Program-made: the position numbers and the translations under genes
Origin: Haplodiscus bocki
Lineage: Eukaryota
Direction of reading: 5' to 3'
Length of the DNA: 64,000 nucleotides
Assembly: GCA_965655095.1 (NCBI GenBank)
Contig: OZ296650.1
Span: 52,266,001-52,330,000, forward strand
Notes under the pieces: generated by a model
What the model was told of the DNA's origin: nothing
The model's input: the letters and a program-made list of their open reading frames with translations, nothing else
Databases searched by the model: none
In this document: one piece after another, positions 22,281 through 37,745 of the stretch
Layout of the letters: each line of letters begins with the position of its first letter
Numbering within the stretch: position 1 is the first letter of the stretch

Positions 22281-25200
22281 ATCTGACCGTAGTTGGCCAT
22301 TTGGTTTCCACCATGAAAATTTTGTTCAAAAAATGTCCAATTTTTTGGCTTGATTTTTTTGGAGAATCCTCTTTTCCGAGCGTTGCTGCAAAAGTGACAG
22401 TCCGGAAAATCCCAAAGATATTAGTAAAAAAGGACTGACTGGAAATGGACAACCCTACTTGTCCGTTACTACAAGTTTGACTTCATTCATGAAAGTCCTA
22501 ATCAAAGATGTCATTTTAAAGCAGCAGAGTTAGATTGAAAATTCATTCATGTTGGTCATTGCTCCAAAATCTTGGCAGTCCAATGGATTCAAAATATCTA
22601 CCAACAATGGTTCTTTTCTATGTCTTAACTCGTCTTTTTCCATTACTGCCAGTTTGATTTAAAGTGTTAAAGGAATCAATCGGGAATTTTATCGTTTCAG
22701 AAGCCATTTACAACAAAGTCGAATTCTTTTGGTCAATGAATTAAAATCTCGAAAGTTAAAACATGGAACTTGGCTCAGTATTTCCATTTACCGCGAAACT
22801 CAATCTCATATTTCTGAGTAACTACAGGTTTCAATTCTCTCTGATTAACTCTATCGGCAACTCCACTTTTCAAGAGGAATTTGGACCTCGGAGTTCATTC
22901 CGTTTGATTCTTGCATGAATTGGTTGAGACCACGAAAAAACCAATATCTGTTACATTTTATTGTCCATCTCGAAGCCTAAACCTAACCATCTCCAAAAAA
23001 CAGGTTCGAGTTTTTCGTTGGAAAACTCAATCAGTTTTATCACCTTTGTTTGAGATGATTCGATTGAAATCTTCTTCAATATGGTCTCTGCTTTAAAATT
23101 TTGATTGGCCGCAAATTCAAAAACTGCTTGTATTGAAAAACCTGTCTCGACAAGGACAATCGTTACTATCCGTCATTACAAGCTTGAGTTCTGCTATGAA
23201 AGTCCCACTGAAAAACTCTGCTTTTGTGTTTGTGAATTCGATTGTCATTTTTATCACTTTGATACTTGCATCCAAATTTTGATCTTCCAATGGATCCAAA
23301 ATTTCTCTCTGTCAAAGTCTATGAATGTTCCATGGAAACAAAACTTCTTTTTATTCCAGAGCTTCTCCTTGGTGAAACTCAAACTTCCTAATCAGTTCGG
23401 ATTTAATTTCTCCTATTGAGATCTCAAAAAAAGTTTATACCATTTTAGAGAAAGATTCAAAAGGTAACCTATTTATTTTTCTTGATTGAATTTTCGTATA
23501 CTCCGGAAGAAGACAAATGTGCCGTTTCTAATTGTTTATCTGGAACCTCGAAATAAAATCTGACCATAGTTGGTCATTTGGTTTCCACCATGAAGTTTTT
23601 GTTCGAAAAATGATTACCTTTTTCGGAGGATTTTGTTGGAGAATCCAGTTTTTCGATCTTCACATCAAAAAAGTGGCAGTCTGAAAAATCGCAAACATAG
23701 TGGTAATAGAGGAAAAATTCGAAATGGACACCCATAGTTGCCCAATTTTACAATTTTGACTTCATTCATGATAGTTTCATTCAAAGATTTCAATACAGAG
23801 GAGCAGAGTTAGATTGAAAATTCATTCATTTGGGTCAATGCTCCAAAATCTTTGCAGTCTAATGGATTCGAAACTTCTACTAACATCATTTCTTTTCCAT
23901 GTCTAAACTCAACTTTATTCATCACTGCTAGGTTCTTTACTGCATAAGGGAATCAGTCGGGAAATATAACGTTTTAGATGAAATTTCCAACAAAATATCG
24001 TTTCTTCAGATCAATGAATGAAAATCTCGAAAGTCCAAGCTCGGAACTTGGCTACGTATTTCCATTTACCACGAAACTCAATCTCACATTTCTCAGTTAC
24101 TACAGGTTTCATTTCATACGAAATCAACTCTGTCGGCAATTCCATTTTTCAAAGAGAATTTTGATTTCGGAGTTCGTTCAGGCTGATCCTTGCATGAATT
24201 GCCTGACAATACAGAAAATCCATCAAATGTTATATTTTATTTTCTATCTCGATGCCCAAACCTTACCTCCTCCAAAACTACAGGCTTCAATCTTTCGTTG
24301 AAAAACTCAATCTGTTTTCCCACCTTTGTTTGAGATGATTCGATTGAAATCTTCGTCAATTTGGTCTCTGCTTTAAAATTTTGATTGGCCGAAAATTCAA
24401 AAACTGCTTGTATTGAAAAAACTATCTCTACAATGACAACCGTTTATATCCGTCATTACAAGCTTGAGTCCTTCTATGAAGGTCTCACCGGAAAACTCTA
24501 GTTTTGTGCCGGTGAAGTCGATTGTCAAAATTTCCGATTTGATCTTTGCATCCAAACTTTGTTCGTCCAATGGATCCAATCGACATATTTAATGAACATT
24601 TCAAAATGGACAACCGTACTTGAACGTTACTACAAGTTTGACTTCATCCATGAAAGTCTCAAACAAAGATCTCAATTGAGAGGAGCAGAGTTAGATTGAG
24701 AATTCATTCACGTTGGTCACTGCTCCAGAATCTCGGCAGTCCAATGGATTCAAAAATTCTACCAACATTGTTTCTTTTCTTTGTCTAACCTCGATTTTTT
24801 TCATTACTGCCAGTTTGATTTACTGTATAGAGGAAACAATCGGGAAATTAATCGTTTCAGAAGACATTTACAACAAAGGCGATATCTTTCGGTCAATGAA
24901 TCAAAATCTCAAAAGATAAAACATGGAACTTGGCTACGTATTTCCATTTACCGCGAAACTCAATCTCACATTTCTCATTAACTACAAGTTTCAATCTTCC
25001 CTAATTTACTGTATCGGCAACTCTGCTTCTCACGGGGAAATTGGACCTCGGAGTTCATTCTGTTTGATCCTTGCATGAATTGGTTGAGACCACGAGAAAA
25101 CCAATATCTGTTTCATTTTATTGTCCATCTCGAAGCCTAAACCTAACCATCTCCAAAAAACAGGTTCGAGTTTTTCGTTGGAAAACTCAATCAGTTTTAT

Positions 25201-28200
25201 CACTTTTGTTTGAGATGATTCGATTGAAACCTTCTTCAATATGGTCTCTGCTTTAAAAATTTGATAGGCCGAAAAATTCAAAAACTGGTTGTATTGAAAA
25301 AACTATCTCGACAATGACAATCGTTACTATCCGTCATTACAAGGATGAGTTTTTCAATCAAAGTCTCACTGGAAAATTCTGCTTTTGTGCTGGTGAATTC
25401 GATTGTCAAATTATTCACTGTGATACTTGCATTCAAACTTCGATCTTCCAATGGATCCAAAACTTCTCTCTGTCAAAGTCTTTGATTGTTCATTGGAAAC
25501 AAAATTTCTTTTAATTCAAGAATTTCTCCTTGGTTAAACTCAAACTTCCTAATCAATTCGGATTTTATTTCTTCTATTGAGATATTAAAAAAAATTATAC
25601 TTTTTTAGAGAAGGATTCAACAGGTAACCTATTTATTTTTTTTTATTGGAATTTCGTATACTCCGGAAGAAGACAAATGTGCCATTTCTAATTGTTTATC
25701 TGGAACCTCGAAATAAAATCTGACCGTAGTTGGCCATTTGGTTTCCACCATGAAAATTTTGTTCAAAAAATGTCCAATTTTTTGGCTTGATTTTTTTGGA
25801 GAATCCTCTTTTCCGAGCGTTGCTGCAAAAGTGACAGTCCGGAAAATCCCAAAGATATTAGTAAAAAAGGACTGACTGGAAATGGACAACCCTACTTGTC
25901 CGTTACTACAAGTTTGACTTCATTCATGAAAGTCCTAATCAAAGATGTCATTTTAAAGCAGCAGAGTTAGATTGAAAATTCATTCATGTTGGTCATTGCT
26001 CCAAAATCTTGGCAGTCCAATGGATTCAAAATATCTACCAACAATGGTTCTTTTCTATGTCTTAACTCGTCTTTTTCCATTACTGCCAGTTTGATTTAAA
26101 GTGTTAAAGGAATCAATCGGGAATTTTATCGTTTCAGAAGCCATTTACAACAAAGTCGAATTCTTTTGGTCAATGAATTAAAATCTCGAAAGTTAAAACA
26201 TGGAACTTGGCTCAGTATTTCCATTTACCGCGAAACTCAATCTCATATTTCTGAGTAACTACAGGTTTCAATTCTCTCTGATTAACTCTATCGGCAACTC
26301 CACTTTTCAAGAGGAATTTGGACCTCGGAGTTCATTCCGTTTGATTCTTGCATGAATTGGTTGAGACCACGAAAAAACCAATATCTGTTACATTTTATTG
26401 TCCATCTCGAAGCCTAAACCTAACCATCTCCAAAAAACAGGTTCGAGTTTTTCGTTGGAAAACTCAATCAGTTTTATCACCTTTGTTTGAGATGATTCGA
26501 TTGAAATCTTCTTCAATATGGTCTCTGCTTTAAAATTTTGATTGGCCGCAAATTCAAAAACTGCTTGTATTGAAAAACCTGTCTCGACAAGGACAATCGT
26601 TACTATCCGTCATTACAAGCTTGAGTTCTGCTATGAAAGTCCCACTGAAAAACTCTGCTTTTGTGTTTGTGAATTCGATTGTCATTTTTATCACTTTGAT
26701 ACTTGCATCCAAATTTTGATCTTCCAATGGATCCAAAATTTCTCTCTGTCAAAGTCTATGAATGTTCCATGGAAACAAAACTTCTTTTTATTCCAGAGCT
26801 TCTCCTTGGTGAAACTCAAACTTCCTAATCAGTTCGGATTTAATTTCTCCTATTGAGATCTCAAAAAAAGTTTATACCATTTTAGAGAAAGATTCAAAAG
26901 GTAACCTATTTATTTTTCTTGATTGAATTTTCGTATACTCCGGAAGAAGACAAATGTGCCGTTTCTAATTGTTTATCTGGAACCTCGAAATAAAATCTGA
27001 CCATAGTTGGTCATTTGGTTTCCACCATGAAGTTTTTGTTCGAAAAATGATTACCTTTTTCGGAGGATTTTGTTGGAGAATCCAGTTTTTCGATCTTCAC
27101 ATCAAAAAAGTGGCAGTCTGAAAAATCGCAAACATAGTGGTAATAGAGGAAAAATTCGAAATGGACACCCATAGTTGCCCAATTTTACAATTTTGACTTC
27201 ATTCATGATAGTTTCATTCAAAGATTTCAATACAGAGGAGCAGAGTTAGATTGAAAATTCATTCATTTGGGTCAATGCTCCAAAATCTTTGCAGTCTAAT
27301 GGATTCGAAACTTCTACTAACATCATTTCTTTTCCATGTCTAAACTCAACTTTATTCATCACTGCTAGGTTCTTTACTGCATAAGGGAATCAGTCGGGAA
27401 ATATAACGTTTTAGATGAAATTTCCAACAAAATATCGTTTCTTCAGATCAATGAATGAAAATCTCGAAAGTCCAAGCTCGGAACTTGGCTACGTATTTCC
27501 ATTTACCACGAAACTCAATCTCACATTTCTCAGTTACTACAGGTTTCATTTCATACGAAATCAACTCTGTCGGCAATTCCATTTTTCAAAGAGAATTTTG
27601 ATTTCGGAGTTCGTTCAGGCTGATCCTTGCATGAATTGCCTGACAATACAGAAAATCCATCAAATGTTATATTTTATTTTCTATCTCGATGCCCAAACCT
27701 TACCTCCTCCAAAACTACAGGCTTCAATCTTTCGTTGAAAAACTCAATCTGTTTTCCCACCTTTGTTTGAGATGATTCGATTGAAATCTTCGTCAATTTG
27801 GTCTCTGCTTTAAAATTTTGATTGGCCGAAAATTCAAAAACTGCTTGTATTGAAAAAACTATCTCTACAATGACAACCGTTTATATCCGTCATTACAAGC
27901 TTGAGTCCTTCTATGAAGGTCTCACCGGAAAACTCTAGTTTTGTGCCGGTGAAGTCGATTGTCAAAATTTCCGATTTGATCTTTGCATCCAAACTTTGTT
28001 CGTCCAATGGATCCAATCGACATATTTAATGAACATTTCAAAATGGACAACCGTACTTGAACGTTACTACAAGTTTGACTTCATCCATGAAAGTCTCAAA
28101 CAAAGATCTCAATTGAGAGGAGCAGAGTTAGATTGAGAATTCATTCACGTTGGTCACTGCTCCAGAATCTCGGCAGTCCAATGGATTCAAAAATTCTACC

Positions 28201-31200
28201 AACATTGTTTCTTTTCTTTGTCTAACCTCGATTTTTTTCATTACTGCCAGTTTGATTTACTGTATAGAGGAAACAATCGGGAAATTAATCGTTTCAGAAG
28301 ACATTTACAACAAAGGCGATATCTTTCGGTCAATGAATCAAAATCTCAAAAGATAAAACATGGAACTTGGCTACGTATTTCCATTTACCGCGAAACTCAA
28401 TCTCACATTTCTCATTAACTACAAGTTTCAATCTTCCCTAATTTACTGTATCGGCAACTCTGCTTCTCACGGGGAAATTGGACCTCGGAGTTCATTCTGT
28501 TTGATCCTTGCATGAATTGGTTGAGACCACGAGAAAACCAATATCTGTTTCATTTTATTGTCCATCTCGAAGCCTAAACCTAACCATCTCCAAAAAACAG
28601 GTTCGAGTTTTTCGTTGGAAAACTCAATCAGTTTTATCACTTTTGTTTGAGATGATTCGATTGAAACCTTCTTCAATATGGTCTCTGCTTTAAAAATTTG
28701 ATAGGCCGAAAAATTCAAAAACTGGTTGTATTGAAAAAACTATCTCGACAATGACAATCGTTACTATCCGTCATTACAAGGATGAGTTTTTCAATCAAAG
28801 TCTCACTGGAAAATTCTGCTTTTGTGCTGGTGAATTCGATTGTCAAATTATTCACTGTGATACTTGCATTCAAACTTCGATCTTCCAATGGATCCAAAAC
28901 TTCTCTCTGTCAAAGTCTTTGATTGTTCATTGGAAACAAAATTTCTTTTAATTCAAGAATTTCTCCTTGGTTAAACTCAAACTTCCTAATCAATTCGGAT
29001 TTTATTTCTTCTATTGAGATATTAAAAAAAATTATACTTTTTTAGAGAAGGATTCAACAGGTAACCTATTTATTTTTTTTTATTGGAATTTCGTATACTC
29101 CGGAAGAAGACAAATGTGCCATTTCTAATTGTTTATCTGGAACCTCGAAATAAAATCTGACCGTAGTTGGCCATTTGGTTTCCACCATGAAAATTTTGTT
29201 CAAAAAATGTCCAATTTTTTGGCTTGATTTTTTTGGAGAATCCTCTTTTCCGAGCGTTGCTGCAAAAGTGACAGTCCGGAAAATCCCAAAGATATTAGTA
29301 AAAAAGGACTGACTGGAAATGGACAACCCTACTTGTCCGTTACTACAAGTTTGACTTCATTCATGAAAGTCCTAATCAAAGATGTCATTTTAAAGCAGCA
29401 GAGTTAGATTGAAAATTCATTCATGTTGGTCATTGCTCCAAAATCTTGGCAGTCCAATGGATTCAAAATATCTACCAACAATGGTTCTTTTCTATGTCTT
29501 AACTCGTCTTTTTCCATTACTGCCAGTTTGATTTAATGTGTTAAAGGAATCAATCGGGAATTTTATCGTTTCAGAAGCCATTTACAACAAAGTCGAATTC
29601 TTTTGGTCAATGAATTAAAATCTCGAAAGTTAAAACATGGAACTTGGCTCAGTATTTCCATTTACCGCGAAACTCAATCTCACATTTCTGAGTAACTACA
29701 GGTTTCAATTCTCTCTGATTAACTCTATCGGCAACTCCACTTTTCAAGAGGAATTTGGACCTCGGAGTTCATTCCGTTTGATTCTTGCATGAATTGGTTG
29801 AGACCACGAAAAAACCAATATCTGTTACATTTTATTGTCCATCTCGAAGCCTAAACCTAACCATCTCCAAAAAACAGGTTCGAGTTTTTCGTTGGAAAAC
29901 TCAATCAGTTTTATCACCTTTGTTTGAGATGATTCGATTGAAATCTTCTTCAATATGGTCTCTGCTTTAAAATTTTGATTGGCCGCAAATTCAAAAACTG
30001 CTTGTATTGAAAAACCTGTCTCGACAAGGACAATCGTTACTATCCGTCATTACAAGCTTGAGTTCTGCTATGAAAGTCCCACTGAAAAACTCTGCTTTTG
30101 TGTTTGTGAATTCGATTGTCATTTTTATCACTTTGATACTTGCATCCAAATTTTGATCTTCCAATGGATCCAAAATTTCTCTCTGTCAAAGTCTATGAAT
30201 GTTCCATGGAAACAAAACTTCTTTTTATTCCAGAGCTTCTCCTTGGTGAAACTCAAACTTCCTAATCAGTTCGGATTTAATTTCTCCTATTGAGATCTCA
30301 AAAAAAGTTTATACCATTTTAGAGAAAGATTCAAAAGGTAACCTATTTATTTTTCTTGATTGAATTTTCGTATACTCCGGAAGAAGACAAATGTGCCGTT
30401 TCTAATTGTTTATCTGGAACCTCGAAATAAAATCTGACCATAGTTGGTCATTTGGTTTCCACCATGAAGTTTTTGTTCGAAAAATGATTACCTTTTTCGG
30501 AGGATTTTGTTGGAGAATCCAGTTTTTCGATCTTCACATCAAAAAAGTGGCAGTCTGAAAAATCGCAAACATAGTGGTAATAGAGGAAAAATTCGAAATG
30601 GACACCCATAGTTGCCCAATTTTACAATTTTGACTTCATTCATGATAGTTTCATTCAAAGATTTCAAAACAGAGGAGCAGAGTTAGATTGAAAATTCATT
30701 CATTTGGGTCAATGCTCCAAAATCTTTGCAGTCTAATGGATTCGAAACTTCTACTAACATCATTTCTTTTCCATGTCTAAACTCAACTTTATTCATCACT
30801 GCTAGGTGCTTTACTGCATAAGGGAATCAGTCGGGAAATATAACGTTTTAGATGAAATTTCCAACAAAATATCGTTTCTTCAGATCGATGAATGAAAATC
30901 TCGAAAGTCCAAGCTCGGAACTTGGCTACGTATTTCCATTTACCACGAAACTCAATCTCACATTTCTCAGTTACTACAGGTTTCATTTCATACGAAATCA
31001 ACTCTGTCGGCAATTCCATTTTTCAAAGAGAAGTTTGATTTCGGAGTTCGTTCAGGCTGATCCTTGCATGAATTGCCTGACAATACAGAAAATCCATCAA
31101 ATGTTATATTTTATTTTCTATCTCGATGCCCAAACCTTACCTCCTCCAAAACTACAGGCTTCAATCTTTCGTTGAAAAACTCAATCTGTTTTCCCACCTT

Positions 31201-32598
31201 TGTTTGAGATGATTCGATTGAAATCTTCGTCAATTTGGTCTCTGCTTTAAAATTTTGATTGGCCGAAAATTCAAAAACTGCTTGTATTGAAAAAACTATC
31301 TCTACAATGACAACCGTTTATATCCGTCATTACAAGCTTGAGTCCTTCTATGAAGGTCTCACCGGAAAACTCTAGTTTTGTGCCGGTGAAGTCGATTGTC
31401 AAAATTTCCGATTTGATCTTTGCATCCAAACTTTGTTCGTCCAATGGATCCAATCGACATATTTAATGAACATTTCAAAATGGACAACCGTACTTGAACG
31501 TTACTACAAGTTTGACTTCATCCATGAAAGTCTCAAACAAAGATCTCAATTGAGAGGAGCAGAGTTAGATTGAGAATTCATTCACGTTGGTCACTGCTCC
31601 AGAATCTCGGCAGTCCAATGGATTCAAAAATTCTACCAACATTGTTTCTTTTCTTTGTCTAACCTCGATTTTTTTCATTACTGCCAGTTTGATTTACTGT
31701 ATAGAGGAAACAATCGGGAAATTAATCGTTTCAGAAGACATTTACAACAAAGGCGATATCTTTCGGTCAATGAATCAAAATCTCAAAAGATAAAACATGG
31801 AACTTGGCTACGTATTTCCATTTACCGCGAAACTCAATCTCACATTTCTCATTAACTACAAGTTTCAATCTTCCCTAATTTACTGTATCGGCAACTCTGC
31901 TTCTCACGGGGAAATTGGACCTCGGAGTTCATTCTGTTTGATCCTTGCATGAATTGGTTGAGACCACGAGAAAACCAATATCTGTTTCATTTTATTGTCC
32001 ATCTCGAAGCCTAAACCTAACCATCTCCAAAAAACAGGTTCGAGTTTTTCGTTGGAAAACTCAATCAGTTTTATCACTTTTGTTTGAGATGATTCGATTG
32101 AAACCTTCTTCAATATGGTCTCTGCTTTAAAAATTTGATAGGCCGAAAAATTCAAAAACTGGTTGTATTGAAAAAACTATCTCGACAATGACAATCGTTA
32201 CTATCCGTCATTACAAGGATGAGTTTTTCAATCAAAGTCTCACTGGAAAATTCTGCTTTTGTGCTGGTGAATTCGATTGTCAAATTATTCACTGTGATAC
32301 TTGCATTCAAACTTCGATCTTCCAATGGATCCAAAACTTCTCTCTGTCAAAGTCTTTGATTGTTCATTGGAAACAAAATTTCTTTTAATTCAAGAATTTC
32401 TTCTTGGTTAAACTCAAACTTCCTAATCAATTCGGATTTTATTTCTTCTATTGAGATATTAAAAAAAATTATACTTTTTTAGAGAAGGATTCAACAGGTA
32501 ACCTATTTATTTTTTTTTATTGGAATTTCGTATACTCCGGAAGAAGACAAATGTGCCATTTCTAATTGTTTATCTGGAACCTCGAAATAAAATCTGAC
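22281..32598 (+). repeat. Three near-perfect tandem copies of a 3437-bp higher-order repeat (19 monomers: two full units plus one 5-mer unit)
   Basis: ORF sets repeat at exactly +3437 (22911/26348/29785; 24713/28150/31587). atctgacc anchors at 22281, 25718, 29155 and 32592. Confidence 0.97.
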
Positions 32599-35500
32599 CA
32601 TAGTTGGTCATTTGGTTTCCACCATGAAGTTTTTGTTCGAAAAATGATTACCTTTTTCGGAGGATTTTGTTGGAGAATCCAGTTTTTCGATCTTCACATC
32701 AAAAAAGTGGCAGTCTGAAGAATCGCAAACATACTAGTAATAGAAGAAGAATTCGAAATGGACACCCATAGTTGCCCAATTTTACAATTTTGACTTCATT
32801 CATGATAGTTTCATTCAAAGATTTCAATACAGAGGTGCAGAGTTAGATTGAAAATTCTTTCATTTAGGTCAATGCTCCAAAATCTTGGCAGTCTAATGGA
32901 TTCGAAACTTCTGCCAACATCATTTCTTTTCCATGTCTAAACTCAATTTTTCTTCATCACTGCTAGGTGGTTTACTGTATAAGGGAATCAGTCGGGAACT
33001 TTAACATTTTAGATGAAATTTCCATCAAAATATCGTTTCTTTTGATCCATGAATGATATTCTCGAAGGTACAAGCTCGGAACTTGGCTACGTAATTCCAT
33101 TTACCATGAAACTCAATCTCACATTTCTCAGTTACTACAGGTTTCATTTCATACCTAATCAACTCTGTCGGCAATTCCACTTTTCAAGGAGAAGTTTGAT
33201 TTCGGAGTACGTTCAGGTTGATCCTTGCATGAACTGGTTGACACCACGAGAAAACCAATATCTGTTACATTTGATTGCCTATCCCGAAGCCTAAACCTAA
33301 CCTTCCCCAAAAAAACAGGTTCGATTTTTTCGTTGGAAAACACAATCGGTTTTCCCATTTTGTGTGAGAGGATTCCACTGAAATTCTCTTCAAAATGGTC
33401 CTTGCTTCAATATTTTGATTGACCAAAAAATCCAAAATCTGCTTGTAATGGAAGAACTATCTCGACATTGACAATCATGATTCTCCGTCAGTACTAGTTT
33501 GATTTCTTCTATAAAAGTTTCATTTGAAAGCTCAGATTTTGTGCTCGCGAATTCGACTGTCAAGTTTTCCACTTTGATGCTTACATCCAAACTTTGATCT
33601 TCCAATGGATCCAAAACTTCTCTCTGTCAAAGTCTTTGATTGTTCAATGGAAACAAAACTTCTTTTAATTCCGGATTTTCTCCTTGCTGAAGCTCGTATT
33701 TACTAATCAATTCAGATTCGATTTCTTTCAGTGAGATCCCATCACGGAATCATACTTTTTCAAAAAATTAATCACGAGGTAACTTACTTGTTTTTACTTT
33801 GGATGAAATTGCGTAGACTCCGAATAAAAAACGAATGTGCTGATTTTAATTGATTATCTCGAACCTGAGAAAAAAATCTGGCCGTAGTTGGCCATTTAGT
33901 TTCCAGTAAGGAAACTTTGTTCAAAAAATGTTCAGTTTCTTGGCTTCATTTTTTTGGAGAATCCCCGCTTTCGAGCTTTGCTTCAAAAGTGTGACAGTCC
34001 GAAAAATCCCAAAGCTAATAGTAAAAAAGGATTAACTCGGATTGGACAACCATACTTGTACGTTACTACGAGTTTGACTACAATCATGAAAGTCTCAATC
34101 AAAGATCCCCATATAGAGGAGCGGTGTAACAATGGAAATTCATTCATGATGGTAATTCAAACAAAATCTCAGCAGTCCAATGGATTCAAAAATTCTACCA
34201 ACATTGTTTCTTTTCTTTGTCTAACCTCGATTTTTTTCATTACTGCCAGTTTGATTTACTGTATAGAGGAAACAATCGGGAAATTAATCGTTTCAGAAGA
34301 CATTTACAACAAAGGCGATATCTTTCGGTCAATGAATCAAAGTCTCAAAAGATAAAACATGGAACTTGGCTACGTATTTCCAATTACCGCGAAACTCAAT
34401 CTCACAATTCTCAGTAACTACAGGTTTCAATCCTCCCTAATTTAGTCTGTCGGCAACTTCATTTTTTAAGGGGAATGTGGACCTCGGATTTCATTCTGCT
34501 TGATCCTTGCATGAACTGGTTGACACCACGAGAAAACCAATATCTGTTACATTTGATTGCCTATCCCGAAGCCTAAACCTAACCTTCCCCAAAAAAACAG
34601 GTTCGATGTTTTCGTTGGAAAACACAATCGGTTTTCCCACTTTTGTGTGAGAGGATTCCACTGAAATTCTCTTCAAAATGGTCCTTCCTTCAATATTTTG
34701 ATTGACCAAAAAATCCAAAATCTGCTTGTAATGGAAGAACTATCTCGACATTGACAATCATGATTCTCCGTCAGTACTAGTTTGATTTCTTCTATAAAAG
34801 TTTCATTGGAAAGCTCAGATTTTGTGCTCGCGAATTCGGTTGTCAAGTTTTCCACTTTGATGCTTACATCCAAACTTTGATCTTCCAATGGATCCAAAAC
34901 TTCTCTCTGTCAAAGTCTTTGATTGTTCAATGGAAACAAAACTTCTTTTATTTCCGGATTTTCTCCTTGCTGAAGCTCGTATTTACTAATTAATTCAGAT
35001 TTGATTTCTTTCAGTGAGATCCCATCACGGAATCATACTTTTTCAAAAAATTATTCAATAGGTAACTTACTTGTTTATACTTTGGATGAAATTGCGTAGA
35101 CTCCGAAGAAAAAACAAATGTGCTGATTTTAATTGATTATCTCGAACCTGAGAAAAAAATCTGACCGTAGTTGGCCATTGGTTTCCACCATGAACTTTTT
35201 GTTTAAAAAATGATCATTTTTTGGCTTGATTTTTTTGGAGAATCCCCTCTTTCGAGCTTTGCTTCAAAAGTTTGACAGTCCAAAAAATCCCAAAGGTAAT
35301 AGTAAAAAAAGATTAACTCGGATTGGACAACCATACTTGTACGTTACTACAAGTTTGAGTACATTCATGAAAGTCTCAATCAAAGATCCCAATTTAGAGG
35401 AGCAGAGTTACATTGAGAGTTCATTCATGATGGTCATTGTTCCAAAATCTCGGCAGTCCAATGGATTCAAAAATTCTACAAATATTGTTTCTCTTCCATG

Positions 35501-35829
35501 TCTAAACTCGATTTTTTTCAATACTGCCAGTTTGATTTACTGTATAAAGGATTCAATCGGGAATTCTATCGTTTCAGAAGACATTTACAACAAAGTCGAT
35601 TTCTTTTGGTCAATGAATAAAAATCTCGAAAGTTAAAACATGGAATTTGGCTACGTATTCCCAATTACCGCGGAACTCAATCTCACATTTCTCAGTAACT
35701 ACAGGTTTCATTTCTCTCTAATTAACTCTGTGGGCAACTCCACTTTTTAAGGGTAATTTGGACTTCGGAGTTCATTCTGGTTGATCCTTGCATGAATTGG
35801 CTGACACTACGAAATATCCAATGTCTGCT

Positions 35830-37743
35830 ACCTTTTTTTTTATCTCGAAGCCCGAACCCAACCTTTTCCAAAAATACAGGTTCCATTTAATCGTTGAAAA
35901 ACTCAATCGATTTTCCCACTTTTGTATGAGAGCATTCGACTAAAATTTTCTTCAATATGGTCCCTTCTCTAAATTTTTGATTGAAAAAAAATCCAAAATC
36001 TGCTTGTAATGAAAGAATTATCTCGACATTGACAATCATAATTCTCCGTCAGTACTAGTTTGATTTCATCCTTGAAAGTCTCATTGAAAAACTCATTTTT
36101 TGTGCTGGCGAATTCGATTATCAAAATTTTTGCTTTGATTTTTCCATCCAAACTTTGTTCGTCCAAGGGATCCAAAAATTCTGTCTGTCATAATCGTGAT
36201 TAATCAATGGAACCAAATCTTCTTCAAATTCCGGACTTTCTGCTCGGTGAAACCCATTTCTCCTAGAAATTTCCGATATGAAATCTTCTATTGAGTTTAA
36301 ATACAAATTAAATTTTTTCAGAGCAAAGTTCGGTAGATAGCTTACCTATTTCTACTTTGATTGAAATTGCGTATACTCCAAAAAAACATATGTGCTGTTT
36401 TTAATTCTTCATCTCGAACTTCAATACGAAATTTGACCGTAGTTGCACATTTGGTTTCAACCATGACGTTTGTGTTCCAAAATCGTTCAAATCTTCGGAA
36501 GGAATTGTTTGAAGTGTCCCTTTTTTCGATCTTCGCATCAGAAGTCTGACAGCCCAAAAAATCCCAAAATTTATGGTAAAAAACAATAACTCGAACTGGA
36601 CAAACATACATGTCCATAACTACAAGTTTGAATTCATTAATGAAAGTCTCAATCAAATCTTGAATTTGAGGAGGAGAGTTAGATTGAAAAGTAATTCAGG
36701 TTGATAATTGCTTCAAAATCTCGGCCGTCCAATGGATTCACAGCTTCTACCAACATTGATTAATTTCCAAGTCTAAAGTCGTCGTTTCTCATTACTGCTG
36801 GTTTGATTTACCGTATAAAGCAATCAATCGGGGGTTTGGCCGTTTCAAAAAACATTTACAACAAAGTCAGTTTCTTTTGATCAATGAATCAAAATATCGG
36901 AAGTCCAAACATGGAAAATGATTACTTATTTCGATTTACCGCGAAACACAATCTCGCATTTCTCAGTAACTACAGGTTTCATTTCTTCCCTATTCAACCC
37001 CGTCGGCAACTCCACTTTTTAATGGGATTTTGGACTTCAGAGTTCGTTTGGTTAATGCTTGCATGAATTGGCTGACACGAAAAATCCAAAATCTGTTACC
37101 TTTCGTTATCTATCTCGCAGCCCGAACCTAACCTTCTCCAAAAATACAGGTTCGAATTCTTCATTGAACACCTCAATCGCTTGTCCCACTTTTGTATGAG
37201 AGGATGCGGTTGAAATTCTCTTCAATATAGTCCCTGCTTCAATATTTAGGTTGACGGAAAATTCCAAAAACTGCTTGTGTTGAAAGGAATATCTGGACGT
37301 TGACAAATAAAAATCTCAGTCAGTACTGGCTTGATTTCTTAGATGAAAGTCTTATTGGAAAACTCTAGTTTTACTATGGCGAACAAAAGTGTCAATACTT
37401 TTACTTTGATCCGTCCATCCAAACTTTGTTCGTCCAATGAATCCAAAACATCTAGCTGTCAAAATCGTGATTGTTCCATGGTAAAAAAACTTCTTTTAAT
37501 TCCGGAGTTTCTCCTCGGTGAAACCCGTATTTCCTAATCAATTCAGATTTGAATTCTTATTTTTGAGTTCTCAATACAAAATATAAATTTTCTGAGCAAG
37601 ATTCAACAGATTGCTTACCTGTTTTAAACTTGATTGAAAGTGCGTTTACTCCAAAAAAAAACAAATGTGCTGTTTTTAATTGTTCATCTCGAACCTCAAA
37701 ATAATATATGACCGTAGTTGGCCATTTGATTTCCACCATGAAG
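35830..37743 (+). repeat. Unit-variant block copied at ~48260-50087 and ~55690-57300
   Basis: ORFs 35969/48315/55831 and 36884/49230/56748 are nearly identical (offsets 12346 and ~19862). Confidence 0.88.
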
Positions 37744-37745
37744 TG

